This document shows, in pieces, positions 52,548 through 64,000 of a stretch of 64,000 nucleotides of DNA (position 1 is the stretch's first letter; each line of letters starts with the position of its first letter). The position numbers and the translations under genes were made by a program. The DNA is taken from the NCBI RefSeq assembly GCF_963921235.1, contig NC_086100.1:199704001-199768000 (forward strand), written 5' to 3'. This stretch comes from Mobula hypostoma (taxonomy: Eukaryota). The notes beneath the pieces are model-generated. The model worked only from the letters and a program-made list of their open reading frames with translations, searched no databases and had not been told where the DNA came from.

Positions 52548-52891
52548 ACGAACAGGTAGTTGCCTTTCAACACAAATATGTTGGGCCAAAGGTCTGTTGA
52601 TCCCCATACAGTCACATGATTTGTCTGAAAAGCAATGGATATGGTCTGGGTGGGGTTGAAAGTGAAAGCTCTGAATCTCTCTATAAAACCAGGGTATGGT
52701 ATCAGCAGAGATCACACTGAGAGTCTGAAGCAGTCAGTCACTGGCCGGGTCACTGACAGAAACAGCTGGGTCATAATAATTCACTCTGCCTTCTGCTCTT
52801 TTACTGTTGCGTTTAGAATGATTCACTGTTGTCTCTGGAATTCATTTCACCCTCCTGTCAAATATTATTTCTGACAGTGTGATTGGTGAGA
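52548..52891 (+). promoter_or_regulatory. Type A cassette: E-box, ISRE, TATA and donor intact; GAS mutated
   Basis: GTCACATGA 52611, TTGTCTGAA, GAAAGTGAAA 52658-52667, TATAAAA 52682-52688, GTGAGA 52886. Confidence 0.55.
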
Positions 52892-53699
52892 CAGTGATCA
52901 GAGACACAGACACAACTCTGGACAGAGGAAGTGTGAGAGAAAGAGGGATAGAGGTAGGTTTGAGAGAAGCAAAGAGGCTGGTAATCCACACGGGAACGAT
53001 GGGAAGGAGGTATAAGAGAAGTGCTAATGGAGTGGGTTTGGCCATATTGGGAGGGATATTGAGGTCAAAATGCTGTTGATGGGGTCACTGATCTGGCTTT
53101 GGTGAGAATCCGGCTTCAGTGGGGAGAGAGTGATGGGTGGGGAATGGGGAGATAAAGGTTGGCTAATGATGAGAGAGATGGGTGGGTGGGGAGTGGGAAG
53201 AGAATGATGCGTGGGGAGTGTGGAGAGAAGTATGTGGAAATATGGGAGATAGAGGTGTGTGGGTGGCGAGAGAGAGTTGGGTGAGTGGGAGAGAGGGGTG
53301 CAGGCTGGGCAGACAGGTGTGTAGGGAGAAGGGAGAGAGGTAGTTGGGCAGGTTGGAGGAGAGTGGGAAGAAATAAAGGTAGGTGGCAGGGTGAGGAGTT
53401 GAGAGAGAGAGAGAGGTGTGAGTTGGTGGTGAATGGGGAGAGAGATAGCTGGATGGGGATTGTGGAAAGAGGGGATTTGTTGGGTGAGGAGAGAGAGGTG
53501 GGTGGGGAGAGGGTGTTTGGTGGAGAGTGAGGAGAGAGACGTGAGTGGGGAGTGGGGAGAGAAGGGTGGGTTGGTGGTTAGAAGTAAGAGATGTCTATAG
53601 GAATTGGGATGTTAACTGGGATCATCAGAGTGGGTACAGGGTGGGGGAGAGATATGGCTGGGTGGGGAAATGTGAGTCAGATCTCTAGAGGAGGGTTGT

Positions 53700-55004
53700 G
53701 GACCGGTGGCATTGACCTCCCACATCATGAAGACCCTGGAGAGACTTGTTCTGGAGCTGCTCCGGCCTATGGTCAGGCCACACTTAGATCACCTCCAGTT
53801 CGCCAACCAGCCCCGACTAGGAGTTGAGGATGCCATCGTCTACCTGCTGAACCGTGTCTACGCCCACCTGGACAAGTCAGCGAGCACTGTAAAGGTCATG
53901 TTTTTTGACTTCTCCAGTGCGTCCCTGCTCTGCTGGGGGAGAAGCTGACAGCAATGCAGGTGGTGTCATGGATTCTTGATTACCTGACTGGCAGACCACA
54001 GCACGTGTGCTTGCAACACTGTGTGTCCGGCAGAGTGATCAGCAGCCCTGGGGCTCCACAGGGGACTGTCTTGTTTCCCTTTCTCTTCACCATTTACACC
54101 TCGGACGTCAACTACTGCACAGAGTCTTGCCATCTTCAGAAATTTTCTGATGACTCTGCCATAGTTGGATGCATCAGCAAGGGAGATGAGGCTGAGTACA
54201 GGGCTACGGTAGGAAACTTTGTCACATGGTTTGAGCAGAATTATCTGCAGCTTAATGTGAAAAAGACTAAGGAGCTGGTGGTAGACCTGAGGAGAGCTAA
54301 GGTACCGGTGACCCCTGTTTCCACCCAGGGTGTCAGTGTGGACATGGTGGAGGATTACAAATACCTAGGGATACGAATTGACAATAAACTGGACTGGTCA
54401 AAGAACACTGAGGCTGACTACAAGAAGGGTCACAGTCGTCTCTATTTCCTGAGGAGACTGAGGTCCTTTAACATCTGCTGGATGATGCTGAGGATGTTCT
54501 ATGAGTCTGTGGTGGCCAGTGCTATCATGTTTGCTGTTGTGTGCTGGGGCAGCAGGCTGAGGGTAGCAGACACCAACAGAATCAACAAACTCATTCGTAA
54601 GGCCAGTGATGTTGTAGAGATGGAACTGGACTCTCTCACGGTGGTGTCTGAAAAGAGGATGCTGTCCATGTTGCATGCCATCTTGGTCAATGTCTCCCAT
54701 CCACTACATAATGTACTGGGTGGGCACAGGAGTACATTCAGCCAGAGACTCATCCCACAGGAATGCAGCACTGAGTGTCATAGGAAGTCATTCCTGCCTG
54801 TGGCCATCAAACTTTACAACTCCTCCCTTGGAGGATCAGACATCCTGAGCCAATAGGCTAGTCCTGGACTTATTTCATAATTTACTGGCATAATTTACAT
54901 ATTACTATTTAACTATTTATGGTTCTATTACTATTTATTATTTATGGAGCAACTGTAATGAAAACCAATTTCTCCCAGGATTAATAAAGTATGACTATGA
55001 CTAT
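53700..55004 (+). mobile_element. Young 5'-truncated Rex1/Rex3-like LINE inserted in an array unit
   Basis: ORF 53954-54856 RT (GAPQGTVL, QKFSDDS, LNVKKTKELVVD); AATAAA followed by (TATGAC)n tail; interrupts the unit sequence GAGGGTTG..GTTAATTGG. Confidence 0.9.
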
Positions 55005-55021
55005 GGTTAATTGGAATCTGT

Positions 55022-55365
55022 ACGGACAGGTAGATGCCGTTCAACATGAATATGTTGGGTCAAATGTCTGTTTATCTCCATACAAACAGCCACATGATTT
55101 CTCCGAAAAGTAATATACATGGTCTGGGTGGGGTTGAAAGTGAAGCTCTGAATCTCTGTATAAAACCAGGGTACAGTAACAGAGATCACACTGAGAGCCT
55201 GAACCAGTCAGTCACTGGCCGGGTCACTAGCAGAAACAGCTGGTTCATCACTCACTCTGCCTTCTGCTGTTTTACAGTTTGGTTTAGACTGATTCACTGT
55301 TGTCTCTGGAATTCAGTTCACCCTCCTATCAATTGTTATTTCTGACAGAGTGTGATTGGTGAGAC
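55022..55365 (+). promoter_or_regulatory. Type A cassette: GAS, TATA and donor intact; weaker ISRE
   Basis: TTCTCCGAA 55099-55107, GAAAGTGAAG 55136, TATAAAA 55159-55165, GTGAGA 55359. Confidence 0.55.
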
Positions 55366-57705
55366 AGTGTGATCGGAGACACAGACACAACTCTGGATAG
55401 AGGACATGAGAGAGAAAGAGGGATTGATCTAGGATCGAGAGACAGCAGTGAGGTTGGTAATCCACATGGGAACAATGGGAACAGGAATAAAAGAAGTGAT
55501 AACAGAGTGGGGTGGTCATATTGGGAGGGATATTGAGGTCAAAATGCTGTTCATGGGGTCACTGATCTAGCTTTGGTGCGTATCAGGCTTCAGTGGGGAG
55601 TGGGGAGAGGGTGGTGGATGGGGAGTGGAGAGAGAGAGGTGGGTGGGGATTGGGGAGATAAATGCTGGTGAATAGTGAGAGAGAGATGGGTGGGTGGGGA
55701 GTGGGAAGAGAAGTGGCTGGAAAATGGGAGATAGCGGTGGGTCAGTGGCGAGAGAGTGTTGCGTGAGTGGGAGATAGAGATGAGTGGGCGCAGGGTGGGG
55801 AGAGAGGTGTGTGGGGAGTCGGGATAGAGGAAGGTGGGTAGGTGAGTTGGGAGAGGGGAATTTGATGGATGCGGAGTGTGGAGAGAATGGGTTTGGTGTG
55901 GAGTGAGGAGAGAGTAGTGGGAGAGTGAGGATGGTGGGTGGGGATTGGGGAGAGCAAGGTAGGTGGGTGGGAGGGGAGCAGGGAGAGAGTGGTGGGTGGC
56001 AGGGGCGGAGGGAGAGAGGGTATGGAATGGGGATGGAGAGAGGGTGTTTTCTGGGGAGTGAGGAGAGAGGTGAGTGAGTGGGAGGGGAGTGCTGAGAGAA
56101 CGATGTGTTGGTGGGGGTAGAAGTAAGAGATGTCTGTAGGAATTGGGATGTTAATTGGGAACAGCATAGTTGGTACAGGGTGGGGTAGAGATGTGGGTAG
56201 GTGGGGCGAGGTCAGTCAGAGATGTCTAGAGGAGGGTTGCGGTTAATTGAGATCAATATGGACAGGTAGTTGCCGTTCCACATGAATATGTTGGGCCAAA
56301 GGTCTGTTTATATCCATACAAACAGTCACATGATTTCTCTGAAAAGCAATGGATATGGTCTGGGTGGGGGTGAAAGTGAAGCTCTGAATAACTCTGTAAA
56401 CCAGGGTGCAGTAACAGATGACACACTGAGAATCTGAAGCAGTCAGTCACTGGCCGGGTCACTGACAGAAACAGCTGGTTCATTGCTCACTCTGCCTTTT
56501 GCTGTTTTACAGTTTGGTTTAGACTGATTCACTGTCTCTGGAATTCTGTTCACCCTCCTAACAAATATTATTTCTCCAGACTGAAGAAAGCTTACTTCTT
56601 TACTCCGGTAACATCACTTCAACCTGTGTTTCCTACACAATGAACATTCAGCTAACAACAGCATTGAAAGCAAACTGCAAGATACTGGGAATCTGAGGTC
56701 AAATTGGAAACTGCTGCTCAGACTCACCAGGTCGGGCAGCATCTGCAGAGAGAGAAACAAAGATTGTGATTCAAGTCAGTGACTCTCAGTCAGTGCTGGA
56801 GATGGAGAGGATTGAATCAGGGAACAGATGTGGGGAGACAGGGATAAGGAGTGAGAAAGAAAGATGGTGAGAGAGGGCTGGGGTGTGGTGTGCAATGGAA
56901 GTGCGGCAGAGGCTGGTCGATAGGGATGGGTGAGTTGGGACGAGTAGAGTGGGGTTGGGGTGAGAAATATCCACCATGTGGATGGGGGAAGCAGAATTCG
57001 TCCATCATAAGGAGAGAAAGGTGGGTAGGGAGTGGAGAAACAGATGGATGGGTGTGTGGGGAGAAGAGAGTGAGGTGGGTGGGTGGGGGTAGGTTACACA
57101 GTGAGGAGAGAGTTTGGTGGCTGGGGACTGGGAACAGAAAGGTGGGTGAATGTGGATCGGAAGAGAGGTTGGTTGGTGGGGAGAAGGGATAGAGGTCAGT
57201 GGGTGGGGAGGGGGATAGAGATATAGGTAGAAGCAGAGTGGGGAGAGAGTTCGGTGTGTGGAAGTGGGGAGAGACGTTGGGGGCTGGTGAGTGGGGAGAA
57301 TGAATGTATGTTTGGGGAGTGGGTGGAGAGAAGTGGGTGGGGAGTGAGGAGAGAGGTGGATGGATTGGGATCAGGGAGTGAGGTGGGTGGGTGGGGAATG
57401 AGGAGAGTGTTGGGTGGGAGTGGGGAGAAGGAGATAGGGAGGTGGGGAGTGGGCAGAGAAGTGGATGTGTGCTGTGCCAGGAGCGGGGTGGGTAGGGAGT
57501 GGCGATATAGGGATGGATGGATGGGGAGTGTGGAGAGAGGGGGTTCGGTGGGGAGTGAAGAGAGAGGAAGGTAGGTGGGTGGGGAATGGGTAGAGAGGGG
57601 TGGGTGGGTGGGGAATAGAGAGAGGTGGGTTGGCTGTGGAATGGGGAGAGAGCAGTGGGAGTGTGGGATGCTGTGAGGGAGGTGGGTGGGTGGGGAGTGG
57701 GGAGA

Positions 57706-58207
57706 GATTAGATTAGATTTTGAGGACACAGTCCTCTTTTATTGTCATTTAGTAATGCATGCATTAAGAAATGATACAATGCTCCTCCAGTGTGATATCA
57801 CAGAACTCAAGACAGACTGAGACTAAAAAAAACTGACAAAATCCACATACTTATAACATATAGTTACAACAGTGCAAAGCAATACTGTAATTTGATAAAG
57901 AACAGACCATGGACACGGAAAAAAAAAAAGTCTCAAAGTCTCTCGAAAGTCCCATCATCTCACGCAGACGGTAGAAGGAAGAAAAACTCTCCCTGCCATG
58001 AACCTCCAGCGCCGCAAACTTGCCGATGCAGCACCCTGGAAGCACCCAAGCACAGTCCGACTCTCAGTCTGTCCGAAAACTTCCAGCTTTCCGGCACCGA
58101 GCACCATCTCTGCCGAGCGCTTCCACCCCAACCTCGGCCGCCAAGCAACAGGCAAAGCCAAGGATTTGGGACCTTCCCTCTGGAGACTCTCAATCGTACA
58201 GTAACAG
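57706..58207 (-). mobile_element. Second, 5'-truncated copy of the non-autonomous element, with (AATCT)n tail
   Basis: Homologous to 37452-37920. Confidence 0.65.
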
Positions 58208-61200
58208 CGGCAGAGAGTTCGGTGGATCTGGGTGGGGAAAGAGGAAGGTAGATGGGTGGGTGGGGGTTTAGGAGTAAGTGATGTGTATGGGAATTGGGAT
58301 GGGAATTGGAATGTTAATTGGGATCAACAGAGTGGGTACAGGGTGGGGGAGAGAGGTGGATGGGTGGGGAGAGCTGAGTCAGAGGTCTGGAGGAGGGTTG
58401 CTGTTAATTTGGATCAGTACAGACAGGTAGTAGCCGTTCAACATGAATATGTTGTGCCAAAGGTCTGTTTATCTCCATACAAACAGTCACATGATTTCTC
58501 TGAAACTCAATGGATATGGTCTGGGTGGGGTTGAAAGTGAAGCTCTGAATCTCTCTGTAAACCAGGGTACAGTAACAGAGGTCACACTGATATTATGAAG
58601 AAGTCGGTCACTGGCCAGGTCACTGACAGAAACAGCCTGTGCATCGCCCTCTCTGGCTTTTCTTGATTTACAGTTTGGTTTCGTCTTATTCACTGTTGTC
58701 TCTGGAATTCCGTTCATCTTCCTTCCAAATATTATTTTTCCAGACTGAAGAAGCCATACTTAATTTCTCCAGTGACATCACTTCAACCTGTGTGTCCTAC
58801 ACAACGAACCTTCGGCTAACAGCAGCATCGAAAGCAAACTGCAGATACTGGGAATCTGAGGTAAAGTTGGTTGGTGAATGGCGATAGAGAGGTGGGTCGG
58901 TGGGGAGTAGGGAGAGAAAGGTGGGTGGGAAATTTGGAGATAACGGTGGGTGGCTGGTGAGGGAGGTCTGGGTGAGTGGGAGAGAGAGGTGAGTAGGTGC
59001 AGGATGGGGAGAGGGAGAAGGGTGGGGAGAGATGTGTGGGTGGGGAGTTGGGAGAGAGGCAAGGGGGTGGAGAGTGGGGAGAGAGGGGTGGGTGGGGTTG
59101 CGGAGAGAGGAACGTAATGAGTGGGTGTGGAGTAGGGCGAGGGGGTGGAGAGTGGGGAGAGAGTGATGGGTGAGCTGGGCGGTTAGATGTGTATAGGAAT
59201 TGGGTGGGGAGGGATAGGGATGTGGGTAGAAGCAGAGTGGAGAGAGAGAGTTCGGGGAGTGGGGAGAGACGTTGCGGGCTGGTGAGTGGGGAGGATGAAT
59301 GGATGTTTGGGGAGTGCGTAGAGAGAGGTAGGTGGGTAGGGAGTGAGGAGAGGTGGATGGATGGGGAGTAGGGAGTGATGTGGGTTGGTGGGAAATGAGG
59401 AGAGTGGTTGGGTGGGAGTGGGGAGAAGGAGATGGGGAGGTGAGTGCGCAGAGAAGTGGGTGCGTGGGGTGCCGGGAGGCAGGTGGGTGGGTGGGGAGTG
59501 GGGAGAGAGAGTTGAATGTGTAAGTAGTAGAAAGATCGTGGTGAGTGGGTGTGGAGTGGGGAAAAGAGATGTGTGGGTGGGGAATGGAGAGAGAGACATG
59601 GATGGTTAGTGATTGCGAGAGAGGGGGTTCGGTGAGGAGTGAGGAGACAGGAAGGTGGGTGGGGAATGGGGAGAGAGGGCTGGTTGGATGTGGAATGGGG
59701 AGAGATGGGTGGGTGTGTGGGGAGCTTGGAGGGATATGGGTGGGTGGGGAGTGTGGAGAGATAGTTTAGAGTGAAAGAGAAGGGAGAGAGAGAGTTCAAT
59801 GTGTGGGTGGTAGAGAGAGTGGTGATTGGGGAGACAGAGGCGTGCGGGTGGGGAATGGGTACAGAGAGATGGCTGGATGTGGAGTGCGGAGAATGGGGGT
59901 TTGGTGGGGAGAGAAGAGAGGAAGGTAGGGGGTGGTGAATGGGGAGAGGGGTGGGTAAGTTGGGAGGTTAGTAGTAAGAGATGTAAATAGGAATTGGCAT
60001 GTTAATTGGGAACATCAGAGTGGGTACAATGTTGGGGAGAGGTGGATGGGTGGGGAGAAGTGAGGCAGAGATGTCTAGAGGAGGGTTGCTGTGAATTGGG
60101 ATCAATATGGACAGGTAGTTGCTGTTCAACACAAGTATGTTGGGCCAAATGTCTGTTTATCTCCATACAAATAGTCACATGATTTCTCTGAAAATCAATG
60201 GGTGGGCTTGAAAATAAGTTCTGAATATCTCTGTAAACCAGATACTGTAACAGATGTCACAATGAGAGTCTGAAGCAGTCAGTCACTGGCCAGGTCACTG
60301 ACAGAAACAGCTGGTTCATCGCTCACTCTGCCTTTTGCTTTGTAACATTTTGGTTTAGACTGATTCACTGTTGTCTCTGAAATTCCGTTCACTATCTTAC
60401 CAAATATTTCCCCAGACTGAAGAATGCTTACTTTATTTCTCTGGTGATGTCACTTCAACCTATGTGCCCTACCCAATGAACCTTCGGCTAACAGCAGCAT
60501 TGACAGGAAACTGCAGATACTGGAAATCTGAGGTAAAATTGGAAACTGCTGCTCAGACTCACCAGGTCGGGCAGCAGCTGCAGAGAGAGAAACAAAGATT
60601 GTGATTCAAGTCAGTGACTCTCAGTCAGTGCTGGAGATGGAGAGGATTGAATCAGGGAACAGACGTGGGGAGACGGGGATAAGGAGTGAGTAAGAAAGAG
60701 ATGGTCAGAGAGGGCTGGGGTGTGGTGTGTAATCAGAGTGGGGCAGAAGCTGGTTGAGATGGGTGAGTGAGTTAGGGGTGTAGAGAGAGGGTGGGGAAAG
60801 AAATGTCCACCGAGTGGACGGGGGATGTAAAGTTCATGCAAGGTGAGGAGAGAGGTGGGTAGGGAGTGGAGAAAGAGAGGTGGATGGGTGGGGACAGAGA
60901 AGAGAGGTGGGGTAGTGGGGAGAACCGAGAGTGGGGTGGGTGGGTAGGTTTGGGTAGAGGAGTGGGGAGAGAGTTTGCGGTTGGGGAGTGTGGACAGAAA
61001 GGTGGGTGGGTGTGAATGAGGAGAGAGGATTGTGGGTGGCATGAAAGGATAGAAGTCGGTGGGTGGGGAGAGGGGATAGGGATGTGGATGGGTGTGGTGT
61101 GTGTAGAGAGTGTTTGGGGAGTGGGGAGAAACGTTGAGGGCTAGTAAATGAAGAGCTTGAATGGATGTTTACGGAGTGGTAGAGAGAGGTAGGTGGGTAG

Positions 61201-61643
61201 GGAGTAAGGAGAGAGGTGGATGGGGAGCAGGGAGTGAGGTGGATGGGTGTAGTTGGGGAGAAGGAGGAGGGGTGGTGGCGAGTGGGCAGAGAACTGTGTG
61301 GGTGGGAAGTGGTGAGAGAGTTTGGGGAAGAGTGTTGAGAGAGAGTTGACTGTGCGGGTAGTAGGGAGAGAGTGGGGAGACAGGTGTGTGGGTGGGGAAT
61401 GAGGGGGAGAGAGATGTGTGGATGAGGAGTGGGCAGAGAGGGGGTTTGTGGTGAGTGAGGAGAGAGATATGGGCGAGTGGGGAATGGGAAGAGGGGTGGG
61501 GGTTATAGGAAAGAGATGTCTGCAGGAATTGGGGTGTAAATTGGGATCAGTAGAGTGGGTGCAGGGTGGTGGACAGTGGTGGATGGGTGGGGAGAGGTGA
61601 GTCATAGCTGTCTAGAGGAGGGTTGCCGTTAATTGGAATCAAT

Positions 61644-61988
61644 ACGGACAGGTAGTTGCCGCTCAACACGAATATGTTGGGCCAAAAGTCTGTATATCTA
61701 TATACAAACAGTCACATGATTTCTCTGAAAAGCAATGGATATGGTCTGGGTGGGGTTGAAAGTGAAATCTCTGAACCTATCCATAAAACCAGAGTGCAGT
61801 AACAAAGGTCACACTGAGAGTCTGAAGCAGTCAGTCACTGGCCGGGTCACTGACAGAATCAGCTGGTACATTGCTCACTCTGTCTTTTGCTGCTTTACAG
61901 TTTGGTTTAGATTGATTCACTGTTGTCTCTGGAATTCAGTTCACCTTTCTACCAAATTTTATTTCTGACAGAGTGTCATCGGTGAGAA
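61644..61988 (+). promoter_or_regulatory. Type A cassette: E-box, GAS, ISRE and donor intact; CATAAAA in place of TATA
   Basis: GTCACATGA 61711, TTCTCTGAA 61721-61729, GAAAGTGAAA 61758-61767, GTGAGA 61982. Confidence 0.55.
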
Positions 61989-64000
61989 GGTATGATCGAA
62001 GACACAGACACCACTCTGGACAGAGGAAGTGAGAGAGAGAGGGATAGAGCTAAGATCTAGAGACAGCAGTGAGACTGGTAATCCACATGTTAGTGATGGG
62101 AACAAGGTATAAAAGAAGTGCTAACAGAGTGGGGATGGTCATATTGGGAGGGATATTGAGGTCAAAATACTGTTGATGGGGTCACTGATCTGGCTTTGGT
62201 GAGTATCGGGCTTCAGTGGGGAGTGGGAAGAGTGGTGGATGGGGAGTGGAGAGAGAGGTGGGTGGGGAATGGGGAGATAAAGGCTGGTGAATGGCAATAG
62301 AGAGATGGGCGGGTGGGGAGTTAGGAGAGAGGTGGGTGGTGGGGAGCAGGAGCAGACTGGGGAGTGGGGAGAGAATGTTGGGTGGGGAATGGGGAGATAG
62401 TGGTGGGTGGCTGTTGAGATAAAGTTGGGTGAGTGTGAGAGAGATGTGAGTCAGTGCTGGTGGGGAGAGGTGGGTGGGGAATAGGAAAAGAGTGGGATGG
62501 GGAGAGATTGGTGGATGAGGGTGGGGAGAGGAAAATAGATGGGTGTTTGGGGAGTGGGGAGAGAGGGATGGGTGAGTTGGGAGGTTAGGAGAAAGGTGTA
62601 TTAGAACAGGGATGTTAATTGGGATCAGCAGAGTGGGTACAGGGTGGGGGAGGGAGGTGGGTGGGTGGGGAGAGGTGAGTCAGATGTCTAGAGGAGGGTT
62701 GTTGTTAACTGGGATCAGTACGGACAGGTAGTTGCCGTTCAATACTAATATGTTGGCCAAATGTCTGTTGATCGCCATACAAACACTCACATGATTTCTC
62801 TGTAAAGCAATGGATGTGGTCTAGGTGGGGTAGAAAGTGAAGCTCTGAATATCTTTGTAAATCAGGGTACAGTAACAGAGGTCACATTGAGAGTCTGAAG
62901 CAGTCAGTCACTGGCCAGGTCACTGACAGAAACAGCTGGTTCATCACTCTCTCTGCCTTTTGCTGTTTTACAGTTTGGTTCAGACTGATTCACTGTTGTC
63001 TCTGGAATTCAGTTCACCCTCCTAAAATTGGAAACTGCTGCTCAGACTCACCAGGTCGGGCAGCATCTGCAGAAAGAAACAAAGATAATGATTCAAGTCA
63101 GGCACTCTTAGACAGTGCTGGAGATCGATAGAGTTGAATCAGGGAACAGACGTGGCGAGACAGGGCTAAGGAATGATTAAGAGAGATGGTCAGAGAGGGC
63201 TGGGGTGTGGTGTGTAATGGGTGTGGGGCAGTGGCTGTTAGAGGATTGGGGGAGTTAGGGGTGAGAAAGAGAGGGTGGGGAAAGAAAAGTCCACCGAGTG
63301 GATGGGGTAAGTAAAGTTTGTGGAGAGAGAGGTGGGTGGGGAGTGGAGAAAGAGGTGGATGGGTGGGGATTGAGAAGAGAGGTGGGTGGGTGGCAAGAAC
63401 TGAGTGAGGTGGGTGGGTGTGGTCGGTAGGGGAGTGGGGAGAGAGATATGTGCTTGGGGAGTGGTGACAGAGCGGTGGGTTGGAGTTGATGAGGGAGAGG
63501 TTGGTGGGTGTGGTGAAGGGATAGAGGCCGGTGGGTCGGGAGAGGGGATAGGGATGTGGGTGGGTGAGGAGTGGGTAGAGAGAGTTCGGTGAGTGGGGAG
63601 AGAAGTTGGGGGCTGGTGAGTGGGTAGGATGAATGGATGTTGAGGGAGTGGGTAGAGAGAGGTAGGTGCGTAGGGAGTGAGGATGGAGAGCAGGGAGGGA
63701 GGTGGGTGGGGAATGGGGAGAGTGTTGTTTGGGTGGGAGTCGGGAGAAGGAGATGGGGTGGTGTCGAGTGTGCAGAGAGGTGTGTGGGTGGGGAGTGGTG
63801 CGAGAGAGTTTGGTGGGGAAGAGTGGGGAGAGAATTGAATGTGTGGGTAGTAGGGAGAGTGGTGAGTAGGTGGGCAATGAGGGGGAGAGTAATGGGTGGA
63901 TGGGGAGCGGCTGAGGGTGTTTTGTGGTGAGTGATGAGAGAGATGTGGGTGGGTGGGGAATGGGGAGATAGGGCTGTGTGGGTGGGAGGTTAAAAGTAAG

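Larger units (their letters stand above)
50248..64000 (+). repeat. Complex tandem array: 8 conserved promoter-like cassettes separated by G/purine-rich spacers, continuing past the window end
   Basis: Cassettes at about 51025-51349 (B), 52548-52890 (A), 55022-55365 (A), 56260-56579 (B), 58419-58743 (B), 60108-60415 (B), 61644-61988 (A) and 62720-63023 (B). Each is homologous to the reverse complement of ~22000-22330. Confidence 0.92.

Noticed and set aside
52635..61968. Recurrent short ORFs over the cassettes (MDMVWVGLKVKALNLSIKPG..., also 22004-22222) as a peptide gene family
   Set aside because: Copies differ by frame-breaking 1-nt indels and have no shared start; I recognise no domain. 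A non-coding reading fits better.

Overview
Repeat-dense vertebrate DNA, most likely a cartilaginous fish (inferred from the CR1/Penelope/Rex repeat mix). The only host gene is a minus-strand very-large-inducible-GTPase (GVIN1/URGCP-type) gene whose large exon spans about 8591-13464. Its first 1.1 kb has two in-frame stops and one frameshift, followed by an intact 1241-codon frame. About 8.7 kb upstream, on the same strand, is a ~330-bp cassette with E-box, GAS (TTCN3GAA), ISRE/IRF site (GAAAGTGAAA), TATAAAA and a GTGAGA splice donor, which I read as an interferon-responsive promoter and first exon. The same cassette recurs 8 times on the + strand at 51-63 kb, separated by G-rich spacers, as the opposite arm of a large inverted duplication. 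This array is the most notable feature. The rest is nested retroelements (L1, Gypsy, Penelope with hammerhead motifs, CR1, Rex1, a full-length Nimb/I LINE inside a solo LTR) and an AP1B1 retrocopy fragment joined to an LTR-element 3' end. Repeat family names come from recognised motifs, not database searches, and repeat boundaries are approximate unless a target-site duplication (TSD) is given.
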